A stretch of DNA of 32,000 nucleotides, taken from assembly GCF_003966335.1 (NCBI RefSeq), contig NZ_CP034549.1, positions 2,100,001 to 2,132,000 on the forward strand, given 5' to 3'. The notes beneath the pieces are model-generated. The model searched no databases. It worked only from the letters and a program-made list of their open reading frames with translations, and had not been told where the DNA came from. Position numbers and translations under genes: made by a program. Below are positions 16,885 through 26,698 of the stretch, in pieces; within the stretch, counting starts at the first letter, position 1; each line of letters opens with the position of its first letter. The stretch comes from Nonlabens ponticola. Lineage in GTDB: Bacteria; Bacteroidota; Bacteroidia; Flavobacteriales; Flavobacteriaceae.

Positions 16885-19338
16885 ATGTTTAAATATTCTT
16901 TGATTGTTTTATTGATTTTTATGTGTTCCGCTTTCGCGAAAGCGCAATCACCACAGTCTACTCAACAAATCAAGAGAAAAACCTACAAGGCAACAAGAGT
17001 CGATGACGCGCCTACCATCGACGGTAAGCCCTTTGAAGAATTTTGGGATGCTATACCGCGAGGTGGGAATTTTGTTATGGTGGAGCCTACAAACGGCCAG
17101 CCAGAACGAGACACGCACCGCACGGAATTTAAGATCGCATACGACGATAATGCGTTGTACGTCGCTGGTTACCTGTACGATAGCGATCCTTCACAAATAT
17201 TTAGACAGTTCTCACAGCGTGATGAGATTTTTGCCCAAGCAGACCTATTCGGTTTCTTTGTCAATACTTATAACAATCAGATCAACCAAACCCGATTTTT
17301 TGCCACTAGCGCCAATGCATTGGGTGATGCCGTTTCAGAAAACGGTCGTGAGGATTTTAGCTTCAACGTGGTATTTCAATCAGAGACGTCCATCGATGAG
17401 CAAGGATGGTTTGTTGAAATGCGCATACCGTATAGAACCTTGCGATTTACAGAAACGCCGGTCCAGGATTGGAGTTTCCAGATATTCCGCAGGATCAGGC
17501 ACCTCAATGAAGACTATTCTTATAATTATATAGATATTACACAAGGTAACAGCTCGCAGTATGACGCGCTACTTACGGGTGTAGAAAACATCAATCCACC
17601 ACTGCGATTGAATCTTTATCCTTTTGCATCGGTAGTATATGACACTTTTGAGGGTGAGTCTACGACAGACTTTGCTGCTGGTATGGACTTGAAATATGGT
17701 ATCAACGACGCCTTCACACTAGATGCTACTTTGATTCCAGATTTTAGCCAGGTTGCATTTGATCAGGTACAATTAAACTTAGGTCCTTTTGAACAGCTCT
17801 TTGGAGAAAATCGAGCCTTCTTTGCAGAAGGTACTGACCTTTTTCAAAAAGGTGATATCTTCTTCTCACGTCGCATAGGTCAGACGCCATCTGGTTTTAG
17901 AAACATAGATCGTTTTGAAGATGAAGATATCATTGATAATCCAGACAAGAGCCAGCTGCTCAACGCGGTAAAAGTTACTGGTCGCAATCGCAATGGTCTA
18001 GGAATAGGTTTTTTAAATGCCATCACCAGTAAAACTGAGGCAACACTCTTCAATAACGTTACCGAGGAATCAAGAAAGGTAACGACGGAGCCTTTGACTA
18101 ATTACAATGTCCTAGTCCTGGATCAACAATACGGCAGCAACAGCTCAATATCCTATGTTAATGCAAGCACTTGGCGCAGCGGTAATTTTACTGATGCAAA
18201 TGTTACTGCTATAGTTTCTAATCACAATGACAAGGAACTCAGAAATAATTACCGTGGAGAGTTTAAAGTAAGTAATCGATTTACACCTGATGGTGGCGTA
18301 GTTGGCTTCAGCACTGAGGCTCGATGGAGACAGACAAGCGGTAACTGGCGTGGTAGAGTGGATCATTTTTTCCAGGATAAAAACTGGGATCCTAATGATC
18401 TGGGTAGAAACTTTAGAAATAACTTTCATCAAGTAAATGGTGAGATACAATTCAATCAATTTACACCAGTTGGCGCATTCAATAGTTACAGCATCGAGCT
18501 GCGCGGCAGCCACAGACGATCTGCAGATCCTGATTTTCACATACGTAGTAATGCTAGAGTTGCAGCGAGATTCCGCACCAGAGAACGCAATTCATTTGGT
18601 GCAGACGTTGGCGCCAGCACGCGCAATTTGAATAGGTTTGAATCAAGAATTGATGGACTCAATGTGAGATATGCTCCTAATGTAAATTCTGGAGCGTTTA
18701 TCTCTACAGACTACCGCAAGAAATTTGCGATTGATATACGTGCTGGATACTTTGAACTATTTGGAGATCCAGAAGTTGGTTACAATTACAACATTGCTCC
18801 TAGATATCGATTCTCTGATAAATTTATCTTGATCTATAGATTTGATTGGGGTAAAAACGATCAACGCATTAGTTATGTGACGCTTACTGATGATGGTGAA
18901 ACTTCAATCTTGAGTAGACGCGACACGCATACAGTAGAAAATAGTGTATCTGGGACATTCAATTTTGATAACAGGCGAGCATTGAGTTTATCTTTTAGAA
19001 ATTTCTGGTCTAGAGCTAAATTCTCTAGAGATTTTGAGGAATTGCAAAGCGATGGACGTACCATACCATCAGACTTTGAACTAGAAGAAGGTGACAATCC
19101 CGATGCTAACTTTAATGTATGGAACCTTGATCTTGCCTACCGTTGGCGATTTGCACCTGGTAGCGAGGCAACACTACTGTACCGTAATAATATTTTCAAT
19201 TTTGACAATCAGGGACGCATAGCATTTGAAGATAGTTTGTCAGATCTGTTTGATCAATCTATTCGTCATAATCTATCACTGCGTGTGAGTTACTTCTTTG
19301 ATGTAAACCGCGCAGTCAATTGGTTTAAATCTGCTTAA
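16885..19338 (+). CDS. Large outer-membrane protein, carbohydrate-binding family 9-like N-terminal domain plus DUF5916-like beta-barrel
   Basis: Signal peptide. N-terminal DDAPTIDGK...FW motif typical of CBM9-like domains. Long beta-rich C-terminal region ending in an aromatic-rich segment. 817 aa, as in flavobacterial DUF5916 proteins. Confidence 0.6.
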   Translation: MFKYSLIVLLIFMCSAFAKAQSPQSTQQIKRKTYKATRVDDAPTIDGKPFEEFWDAIPRGGNFVMVEPTNGQPERDTHRTEFKIAYDDNALYVAGYLYDSDPSQIFRQFSQRDEIFAQADLFGFFVNTYNNQINQTRFFATSANALGDAVSENGREDFSFNVVFQSETSIDEQGWFVEMRIPYRTLRFTETPVQDWSFQIFRRIRHLNEDYSYNYIDITQGNSSQYDALLTGVENINPPLRLNLYPFASVVYDTFEGESTTDFAAGMDLKYGINDAFTLDATLIPDFSQVAFDQVQLNLGPFEQLFGENRAFFAEGTDLFQKGDIFFSRRIGQTPSGFRNIDRFEDEDIIDNPDKSQLLNAVKVTGRNRNGLGIGFLNAITSKTEATLFNNVTEESRKVTTEPLTNYNVLVLDQQYGSNSSISYVNASTWRSGNFTDANVTAIVSNHNDKELRNNYRGEFKVSNRFTPDGGVVGFSTEARWRQTSGNWRGRVDHFFQDKNWDPNDLGRNFRNNFHQVNGEIQFNQFTPVGAFNSYSIELRGSHRRSADPDFHIRSNARVAARFRTRERNSFGADVGASTRNLNRFESRIDGLNVRYAPNVNSGAFISTDYRKKFAIDIRAGYFELFGDPEVGYNYNIAPRYRFSDKFILIYRFDWGKNDQRISYVTLTDDGETSILSRRDTHTVENSVSGTFNFDNRRALSLSFRNFWSRAKFSRDFEELQSDGRTIPSDFELEEGDNPDANFNVWNLDLAYRWRFAPGSEATLLYRNNIFNFDNQGRIAFEDSLSDLFDQSIRHNLSLRVSYFFDVNRAVNWFKSA
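16929..16944. repeat. Iterated palindrome copy 5 (CGCTTTCGCGAAAGCG)
   Basis: Inside the signal peptide of the 16885 gene, read as S-AFAKA-Q. Confidence 0.95.
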
Positions 19339-19356
19339 GTACCTTACCTTTAAATC

Positions 19357-20025
19357 ATGATAAAGGCGCAACATATTTACAAGTCGTACGGTGATCTCGA
19401 GGTACTCAAGGATGTAGATCTCGATATTAAACAAGGTGAGATTGTAAGTGTGGTAGGTACTTCTGGCGCTGGTAAAACAACCTTATTACATATTCTAGGT
19501 ACTCTAGAACCGGCTGATAAGCGTAAGGAGACCTCACTAATCATTGATAATACAGACGTAACAAAACTGAGCAAAAAGCAATTGAGCAACTTTAGGAATC
19601 AATCACTAGGTTTCATCTTTCAATTTCACCAACTATTACCTGAATTTACCGCTTTAGAGAATGTTTGTATTCCAGCATTCATCAAAGGAACCAGCAAGGA
19701 AAAAGCAGAAAAGCGTGCCAAAGAACTACTTACATACCTTAAGCTATCAGACCGCATGAATAATAAGCCAGGTGCATTATCTGGTGGTGAGCAACAACGT
19801 GTGGCAGTGGCGAGAGCGTTGATTAACAATCCTAAGGTTATCCTAGCCGATGAGCCTACTGGAAATCTAGATAGTAATACCGCGCAAGATCTTCATGAGC
19901 TTATCATAGACTTGCGAAAAAAATTCAATCAGACTTTTGTGATCGTCACACATAATCATGAGCTCGCTAGCCTCGCAGACCGCACGCTCACCATGCGCGA
20001 TGGTAAATTTGTAGAACAACTGTAG
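19357..20025 (+). CDS. lolD: ABC transporter ATP-binding protein, LolD-like
   Basis: Walker A GTSGAGKTT, signature LSGGEQQRVAVARAL, Walker B ILADEPTGNLD, H-loop VTHN. Confidence 0.8.
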   Translation: MIKAQHIYKSYGDLEVLKDVDLDIKQGEIVSVVGTSGAGKTTLLHILGTLEPADKRKETSLIIDNTDVTKLSKKQLSNFRNQSLGFIFQFHQLLPEFTALENVCIPAFIKGTSKEKAEKRAKELLTYLKLSDRMNNKPGALSGGEQQRVAVARALINNPKVILADEPTGNLDSNTAQDLHELIIDLRKKFNQTFVIVTHNHELASLADRTLTMRDGKFVEQL

Positions 20026-20433
20026 ATGGAAAATCTCACGCTAACAACGCCAGCCTTACTCTTTAGCGCTATTTCCTTGATCATGCTCGCTTACACCAAT
20101 AGATTCCTGGCGTATGCGGCAGTAATTAGAAATCTACATGCGGTTTATAAAGAGAATCACGACACCTCATTGCTGCGTCAAATCAACAACTTAAAGAGAC
20201 GTTTAAATTTGACTAAATACATGCAAATTCTCGGGATTTTGAGTTTGCTTTTATGTGTGCTCACTATGTTCTTAATTTAAATAGGATTTAAACTTGCGGC
20301 GATTTATACTTTTGGCGTTGGTTTATTCCTACTCATACTATCACTTGCTTTTCTCATACGCGAGATTCAAATTTCTACACAGGCACTACAGTATCACATC
20401 AGCGACATAGAGGTACATCTCAAGAATAAATAG
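20026..20433 (+). pseudogene. DUF2721-like membrane protein gene interrupted by an in-frame TAA (20278-20280)
   Basis: The ORF 20026..20280 ends MFLI-stop. The same frame continues IGFKLAAIYTFGVGLFLLILSLAFLIREIQISTQALQYHISDIEVHLKNK-stop at 20433. Together (~135 aa, TPALLFSAISLIMLAYTNRF N-terminus, EIQIS near the C-terminus) they match the length and layout of DUF2721 proteins. Confidence 0.65.
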
Positions 20434-20440
20434 GACGATT

Positions 20441-21208
20441 GTGAAAAAGGCTGAGCTCAAGGAATTTTTAGATGAGAAAGTGCTCATTTACAATAATCCA
20501 GACTTCATACCGCACGACCCTATCCAGATACCGCATCAATTCTCATCGCCCGATGACATTGAAATTTCTGGTTTCTTGATCGCCACCATCGCTTGGGGCA
20601 ACAGGAAATCCATTATCAATAATGGTAACAAACTCATGCAGTTGATGGATCACGCACCTGCAGATTTTATTCGCAATTTTGAGCGTCAGGATTTAGAACG
20701 TTTTGACGGTTTTGTCCATCGCACGTTCAATGCAGACGATGCTAGAACCTTTATGCTAGCGTTACAGGACATTGAGCGTGAAGATGATGGACTCGAGTCA
20801 GCTTTCGCGAAAGCTTACAAATTATCCAGCAACCTGCAAGAAGGAATTTCAAAGTTTAAACAACGATTCTTCAACATAGAGCATTTACCGCGCACCCAAA
20901 AACACGTGAGCGACCCGATGAAAAACAGCAGTGCCAAAAGAATAAATATGTTCCTGCGCTGGATGGTCAGGAAAGATAATGCTGGAGTAGATTTTGGGAT
21001 ATGGAATTCTATTCCTGCCAGCGCTTTATCGTTGCCACTCGACGTACACACGGGTAATATTTCTCGAAAATTAAAACTGCTTAAACGCAAACAAAACGAC
21101 GGTAAGGCAGTCGCAGAGCTAGATAGCGCATTGCGCAAGCTGGATCCAGAAGATCCTGTGAAATATGATTTTGCGCTTTTTGGCCTAGGTGCATTTAAAG
21201 ATTTGTAG
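20441..21208 (+). CDS. TIGR02757 (DUF2400) family protein
   Basis: GTG start. DPIQIPHQF...DIEISGFLIATIAWGNRKSI and KRINMFLRWMVR segments resemble the TIGR02757 family. Confidence 0.55.
   Translation: MKKAELKEFLDEKVLIYNNPDFIPHDPIQIPHQFSSPDDIEISGFLIATIAWGNRKSIINNGNKLMQLMDHAPADFIRNFERQDLERFDGFVHRTFNADDARTFMLALQDIEREDDGLESAFAKAYKLSSNLQEGISKFKQRFFNIEHLPRTQKHVSDPMKNSSAKRINMFLRWMVRKDNAGVDFGIWNSIPASALSLPLDVHTGNISRKLKLLKRKQNDGKAVAELDSALRKLDPEDPVKYDFALFGLGAFKDL
20800..20815. repeat. Iterated palindrome copy 6 (AGCTTTCGCGAAAGCT)
   Basis: Inside the TIGR02757-like gene, read as S-AFAKA-Y. Confidence 0.95.
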
Positions 21209-21280
21209 GAAATCTTAAGTTTAGGTTAAAGTTATTTATAAAAAGAGTATGTTTACCATTCCCTACCTTGAAGCCATAAA

Positions 21281-22483
21281 ATGATAACTGCACCGCTACA
21301 TAGCCATGAAAATGAGCGACTTGAATATCTGGATCAATTCAGGATTGAGCGCGGAGCAGTGGCAGATCTCGACGAGCTGCTGGATATGGCTTGTAGGATG
21401 ATCGATATTCCTAAGGGACTAATTTCCATCGTAGAAAGTGACGAGGTCTTCTTTAAATCAGAATATGGTCTGGATCTAGGTTCCAGTCCTAGGGATTTGA
21501 GTTTTTGCTCACATGCCATCGCTAGTGGGAAACCTCTCTTTTATATTGAAGATGCTACACAGCATCCAGAATTTCATGATCATCCATATGTAACCGCAGC
21601 TGATCCTGTCGTGTTTTATGCAGGTGTTCCCATTATGGATGAAAATGAGTTGCCATTAGGGACTGTTTGTGTGATTGACAACAAACCTAGGTCACTAGAC
21701 ACGCACCATAAAAAATCGCTCAAGTTCATTGCTCAAATGATCATGAAGTACCTAGAGCTACAAAAACGCAATGCAGAGTTACAAAAGCAAGGTACCGTAC
21801 TTGAGGAAAAAAACCTGATGTTGCGCAACTTTGCCCATGTAGTGTCACACGATCTTAAAATGCCACTAGCAAATGTTGTAATGACCACAGATCTAATGAC
21901 CGCTAAATATGCTGAATCATTAGATACCAAAGGAATACAATATTTGAAAGGCATGAAGTCCAGCGCACTATCTATGTCTGAATATATTGACAATATTCTC
22001 AAGCATTATGAAAGTGAGCAGCCTGTACGAGGTACTCGCGATGATTTCAACATTAATGAATTATTGATCAACATCCAGCAAATGTTGGGTATTGATGAAG
22101 ATCAGGTACATTTCGTTTTGCCCGAAGACGATCTGGACATAAGCGCAGATCGCGCAGCGGTAGAGCAAATATTGCTCAATCTCATTGGCAATAGCCTCAA
22201 ATATAATTTTCAGGACCGCATACGCATACAGATCAATGCTACTGAAAGTAAGAAGTATTACCGTATATCGGTCATAGATAACGGTATTGGAATTCCCAAA
22301 GGCAAACAGGAAAAGATCTTTGAATTATTCACAACGCTCAACCAAACCGACAGGAACGGAAATAGCGGAACTGGAATAGGATTATCTACCGTCAAGATCC
22401 TTGTTGATAAGCTAGGTGGCGTGATTACCTGTAAATCCAGAAAAAATCAAGGCACAGAGTTTACTTTTACCATCGCTAAATAA
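21281..22483 (+). CDS. GAF domain-containing sensor histidine kinase
   Basis: N-terminal GAF-like region (YAGVPI...LGTVCVID). H-box FAHVVSHDLKMPL, N-box LLNLIGNSLKYN, G1 DNGIGIP, G2 GTGIGLS. No transmembrane segment and no adjacent response regulator. Confidence 0.8.
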   Translation: MITAPLHSHENERLEYLDQFRIERGAVADLDELLDMACRMIDIPKGLISIVESDEVFFKSEYGLDLGSSPRDLSFCSHAIASGKPLFYIEDATQHPEFHDHPYVTAADPVVFYAGVPIMDENELPLGTVCVIDNKPRSLDTHHKKSLKFIAQMIMKYLELQKRNAELQKQGTVLEEKNLMLRNFAHVVSHDLKMPLANVVMTTDLMTAKYAESLDTKGIQYLKGMKSSALSMSEYIDNILKHYESEQPVRGTRDDFNINELLINIQQMLGIDEDQVHFVLPEDDLDISADRAAVEQILLNLIGNSLKYNFQDRIRIQINATESKKYYRISVIDNGIGIPKGKQEKIFELFTTLNQTDRNGNSGTGIGLSTVKILVDKLGGVITCKSRKNQGTEFTFTIAK

Positions 22484-22535
22484 TCACTTGTCGTGTTGAG
22501 TAAACGGCCTATCTTTGATCAATCCTTGATAATCG

Positions 22536-24434
22536 ATGCTGTTTAAATACCCTGCTGTACTTTACGGGCTTTTCTTCCTACTCTTACCGATTCTCATTCA
22601 TCTTTTCCAGCTGCGACGCTTTAAGAAAAAGGCATTTACTAATGTTGCTTTTCTAAAACCACTTGTCACTCAAACTAGAAAAAGTCGCAGCCTTAAGAAA
22701 TGGTTAGTGCTTTTAACCCGATTGTTGGCTGCGGCATGTATTATCATTGCCTTTGCACAACCATTCTTTTCTAACCCAGAAATCGAAACTTCTAAAGGTG
22801 ACCTAATCATCTACTTGGATGATTCCGCAAGTATGGAGCGACAAGGAAAAGACGGTAAATTATTGCAAGAAGCTATTAGAGAATTACTAGAACATCTAGA
22901 TCCATCACAGACCTTTACCTTATTTACCAACAAAGAAGAGTTTCCAGCCGTAAATAAAACCCAGATTGCCAACCAGCTACAAAGGATTAAAGCAACTGGC
23001 GTTTCTCTTTCTCCAGAAGATGTTATTTTAAAAGCAAATAATCTTGCTGGACGAGAAAGTCAAAACACTCAATTCTTATGGATTTCTGACTTCCAGCAAT
23101 TGGATAACGAAAGTTTTCCAGATTCTACCTATACGCTGCAAACAAGTTTAGTTGCCTTGAAACCACAGGAATCAAACAACATCAGTATCGATAGTGCTTT
23201 TATTAAAGATAAATCGATCAGTGAAACAATCATTGAGGTTCAACTGTCTGCTGATAACGAGACTGACAAACCTGTCACGCTTTCCTTGTCAAATACTTCT
23301 AGCTTGATCGCCAAAAGCACAACCACTATAAATAGTGGTAAAGGCGTAGCAAGCTTTAGTTTGCCAGCTAATGAGCAGTTTATTGGAAATATACTTATTG
23401 AAGACAATTCAATGACTTTTGATAATGTGGTTCATCTCGCTATTAATAAGAATAGCAAGGTGAAAGTTTTGCACGTAAACGATAGTCCGTCTGATTTCCT
23501 GAACCGAATTTTCACTGCAGATGAGTTTGAGTATGTGACCACAACCAGCAACAAACTCAACTATAACTTAATTAAAGATCAACAAGTTGTAGTACTAAAT
23601 GAGGTAGGCAATATCCCAACAGCATTGGTGTCACAAATTAATTCATTTACGAGATCTGGTGGCGTGGTATTGCTAATTCCACCTAGCAACCAGCATAATT
23701 ACGATCAGTTTACAGCAGTTTCTTCCAGTGAAATTGTAAACCAAGGAAATAAAATTACCAGTATCAATTTTGACCATCCACTGTTACAAGGTGTATTTAA
23801 TAAACGTATTCAGAACTTTCAGTATCCCAGCGTAAACTCTACGAGCATACAAAGTAACAGCCGCAACAAAATTTTGAGCTATGCAGATGGTAGTCCGTTC
23901 TTGTATCAATCAGGAAATATCTATGTATTCACCGCAGCGCTGAATCAGGAAAATAGCAATTTTCAAAATTCACCTCTTATAGTTCCAGTTATCTATAATA
24001 TAGGTTTGTCGACTAGCAACAAGCAACAATTATATGTTGGGATGGATAGGCAAACGGCTATCAATATTCCTACAACCGTGCAAGACGATCAAGTTCTTGA
24101 ACTTACAAGAAATGACGTTACAATTATACCACCGCAACGAGCGTACGATTCTTATGTGCAGATTGAAACTGGTCAAGAAATACCAGTTGCTGGAATCTAC
24201 GATGTGAGGAACGGTGACAACGTCGTCTATAACATTGCCTACAACGAGAATAGAATTGAGAATACTCAAAACACTTACAACCTTTCAAGTCTAGAAAATG
24301 TTGAGACAGATATAGCGAGCGTATTGATTAAGCGCAATGAAAACGCTCTTGAAAGCACCTTATGGAAATGGTTTCTCATGGGTGGTCTACTCTTTCTCAT
24401 TGTTGAATTACTCATCCTTAAATTTGTCAAATGA
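22536..24434 (+). CDS. BatA (aerotolerance-related) N-terminal domain membrane protein
   Basis: N-terminal double-TM motif PAVLYGLFFLLLPILIHLFQLRRFKK, long extracytoplasmic body, C-terminal TM anchor. Confidence 0.6.
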   Translation: MLFKYPAVLYGLFFLLLPILIHLFQLRRFKKKAFTNVAFLKPLVTQTRKSRSLKKWLVLLTRLLAAACIIIAFAQPFFSNPEIETSKGDLIIYLDDSASMERQGKDGKLLQEAIRELLEHLDPSQTFTLFTNKEEFPAVNKTQIANQLQRIKATGVSLSPEDVILKANNLAGRESQNTQFLWISDFQQLDNESFPDSTYTLQTSLVALKPQESNNISIDSAFIKDKSISETIIEVQLSADNETDKPVTLSLSNTSSLIAKSTTTINSGKGVASFSLPANEQFIGNILIEDNSMTFDNVVHLAINKNSKVKVLHVNDSPSDFLNRIFTADEFEYVTTTSNKLNYNLIKDQQVVVLNEVGNIPTALVSQINSFTRSGGVVLLIPPSNQHNYDQFTAVSSSEIVNQGNKITSINFDHPLLQGVFNKRIQNFQYPSVNSTSIQSNSRNKILSYADGSPFLYQSGNIYVFTAALNQENSNFQNSPLIVPVIYNIGLSTSNKQQLYVGMDRQTAINIPTTVQDDQVLELTRNDVTIIPPQRAYDSYVQIETGQEIPVAGIYDVRNGDNVVYNIAYNENRIENTQNTYNLSSLENVETDIASVLIKRNENALESTLWKWFLMGGLLFLIVELLILKFVK

Positions 24435-25681
24435 TCTTACTCAAAAAAGTTACGGTAATCGATAAGCAATCATCATGGCATCACAAGACCATCGACATAT
24501 TGATTGAGGATGATATAATTAAAGCGATTGCAAGCACAATCGATGATGAGGATGCTACGGTCATCGAGGAAGAAAATCTGCATGTCTCCATCGGTTGGAT
24601 TGATTCTAGCGTTTGCCTGGGTGAACCTGGCTTTGAAGATCGACAAACTATTAAGAATGGTCTAGACACAGCTGCGGCTTCAGGTTTCACTCATATCATG
24701 ATGAATCCTGATAATCAGCCCAATCCGCAAGATGCCAGCGGCATCAAGAATTTGAAGAATAGTTTACCAGAACATGCAGTAAGTATTTTACCCGTAGGAA
24801 ATCTATCTATAAATCAAGAAGGAAAACATCTTGCAGAATTATATGACATGCAGCAAGCTGGTGCAGTCTCGTTTTATGATTTCAAGAAGAGTATTGGAAA
24901 TAGTAATCTTCTCAAGTTAGCACTGGAATATTCCGGGCCTTTTCATGGAGTAATTCAATCATTCCCACAAGATAATCACGTCGCGGGCAATGGCTTAATC
25001 AGTGAAGATGAGACAAGCGTACAATTAGGGATAAAGTCTATCCCTAAAATGGCTGAATCAATACAAATCGCCAGAGACCTAGCCATCGCAGCTTATTCTG
25101 GTAATCATTTACACATTCCTACCGTTTCCACAATTGCTGGATTAGAACTTATAAAAGCTGCAAAGCAAAAAGGAACTAAGGTAACTTGCAGCGTTGCCAT
25201 TGCCAATTTTGCGACTGCTAGTCCTGCATTACTAGATTATGACACACGGTTTAAATTGCAACCACCATTGAGAGACGAGCAGGAAATCTCGGGTATAAAG
25301 GATTTTATAGAGGATGGAACTATTGATATGATTACCAGCGATCATATACCTAGAACCATAGAATCAAAAAAGGTGGAATTTGATCACGCAGATTACGGTA
25401 GTGCAAGTTTAGAAAGCGCCTTTGGCATCGCAAACCTACTGTTGGATTCTAATAAGACGGTCGAACTTTTTACAGCCGCCTACAATGTCTTCAATCTTCC
25501 AACAACTAAAATTGAGGAAGGACAACGAGCTAATCTCACGCTTTTCAATCCTGATGAGATATATATTATGAAGAAACATAACATGCACTGCACTTCAAAA
25601 AATAATATGTTTCTAGATCGACAACATAAAGGCAAGGTGATAGGTATCATCAATAAAGGAAAACTGCACCTCAATGACTAA
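24431..25681 (+). CDS. Dihydroorotase-like amidohydrolase, probably non-catalytic
   Basis: Overall DHOase layout, with GEPG after the first strand and SDHIP (the TDHAP equivalent). The canonical DxHxH metal motif reads DSSVC instead. The start overlaps the upstream stop (ATGA). Confidence 0.6.
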   Translation: MILLKKVTVIDKQSSWHHKTIDILIEDDIIKAIASTIDDEDATVIEEENLHVSIGWIDSSVCLGEPGFEDRQTIKNGLDTAAASGFTHIMMNPDNQPNPQDASGIKNLKNSLPEHAVSILPVGNLSINQEGKHLAELYDMQQAGAVSFYDFKKSIGNSNLLKLALEYSGPFHGVIQSFPQDNHVAGNGLISEDETSVQLGIKSIPKMAESIQIARDLAIAAYSGNHLHIPTVSTIAGLELIKAAKQKGTKVTCSVAIANFATASPALLDYDTRFKLQPPLRDEQEISGIKDFIEDGTIDMITSDHIPRTIESKKVEFDHADYGSASLESAFGIANLLLDSNKTVELFTAAYNVFNLPTTKIEEGQRANLTLFNPDEIYIMKKHNMHCTSKNNMFLDRQHKGKVIGIINKGKLHLND

Positions 25682-26030
25682 TCAAACAGACGGCAAACTA
25701 TTAGCGCTACTCGCCTATGCTAGTGCTCTATTTTTATACTTGCATCTAGTCATATTCCTGGCGTTTTTAGGAACCTTCATCTTGTTAAACATGGGAAGAA
25801 ATCGAGAGTTTGTAGCCTTTCATCACAGGCAAATGTTTGGGATAGGGCTTATCGCAATTCTTGTAAACTCATTGGCAAACGTGGTTCCCAATGGCTGGAT
25901 TGCATTATTATTTATCACAGGAGTCGTCATGATCGCCGCCATAGGTTTTCTAGCCGCAATAAAAAATCTTAAAACACCACTACCCTACATCGGTGAGAAA
26001 TTCCAACAGTGGTTTAAATTTATTCAATGA
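25674..26030 (+). CDS. Small membrane protein, DUF4870-like
   Basis: Three hydrophobic helices. KLLALLAYASALF ... EFVAFHHRQMFG pattern. Overlaps the previous gene by 8 nt. Confidence 0.45.
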   Translation: MTNQTDGKLLALLAYASALFLYLHLVIFLAFLGTFILLNMGRNREFVAFHHRQMFGIGLIAILVNSLANVVPNGWIALLFITGVVMIAAIGFLAAIKNLKTPLPYIGEKFQQWFKFIQ

Positions 26031-26698
26031 GTCTACACAAAGAACTAAGCCTACAATATCGCCTGCGTCCATCAAGCATTGAGAATCCACCATTGCTATT
26101 GCTGGTGCATGGTTACGGTAGTAATGAGGACGATCTATTTTCTTTCGCTCCTTACATGACTGATGAATTGCTGATCGTCTCAGTAAGGGCACCATATGAC
26201 ATGCCGCCACAAGGTGCTGCGTGGTATGCCATTGATTATACAGCTGCTGGTGGGAAATTCAGTGACTTAAATCAGGCTCGTGAGAGTATGCAATTGATCG
26301 AGAAGTTTCTCAATGAATTAAAAGCGCATCATAATTATAATCAAGATAGCGTCAACATACTTGGATTCTCACAAGGAGCAATTTTGTCCTTGGCAATGAG
26401 TCTTAACAACCCAGCATTATTCAAAAATGTTGTGGCCATGAGTGGTTACCTTAATGTTGATCTCGTGCAGGCAATGGATGATGTGGAGTTACGCTTTCGC
26501 GAAAGCAAAATCAAACCCAATTATTTCATATCACACGGTTCCATGGATCAAGTCATACCTGCGGACTGGGCACGACGCACTGCTCCTATTCTCAAGAAAT
26601 TAGAGGTCGATCAGGTTTATAAAGAATATGCCGCTGGTCATGGCGTGGCACCAGACAACTTTGCCGACATGAAATCCTGGCTAGAAGCTAGACTCTAG
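26027..26698 (+). CDS. Alpha/beta hydrolase, phospholipase/carboxylesterase family
   Basis: LLLLVHGYGSNEDD, nucleophile elbow GFSQGA, C-terminal HGSMDQVIP and GHGV histidine region. ATGA overlap with the previous gene. Confidence 0.75.
   Translation: MSLHKELSLQYRLRPSSIENPPLLLLVHGYGSNEDDLFSFAPYMTDELLIVSVRAPYDMPPQGAAWYAIDYTAAGGKFSDLNQARESMQLIEKFLNELKAHHNYNQDSVNILGFSQGAILSLAMSLNNPALFKNVVAMSGYLNVDLVQAMDDVELRFRESKIKPNYFISHGSMDQVIPADWARRTAPILKKLEVDQVYKEYAAGHGVAPDNFADMKSWLEARL
26493..26506. repeat. Iterated palindrome copy 7 (GCTTTCGCGAAAGC)
   Basis: Inside the esterase gene, read in a different frame as L-RFRES-K. The left flank GTTAC matches copy 3. Confidence 0.95.

Noticed and set aside
21281-22483. 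Orphan GAF-histidine kinase, considered as part of a novel signalling system.
   Set aside because: Orphan cytoplasmic histidine kinases are common in Bacteroidota. No partner gene or unusual domain is visible here.
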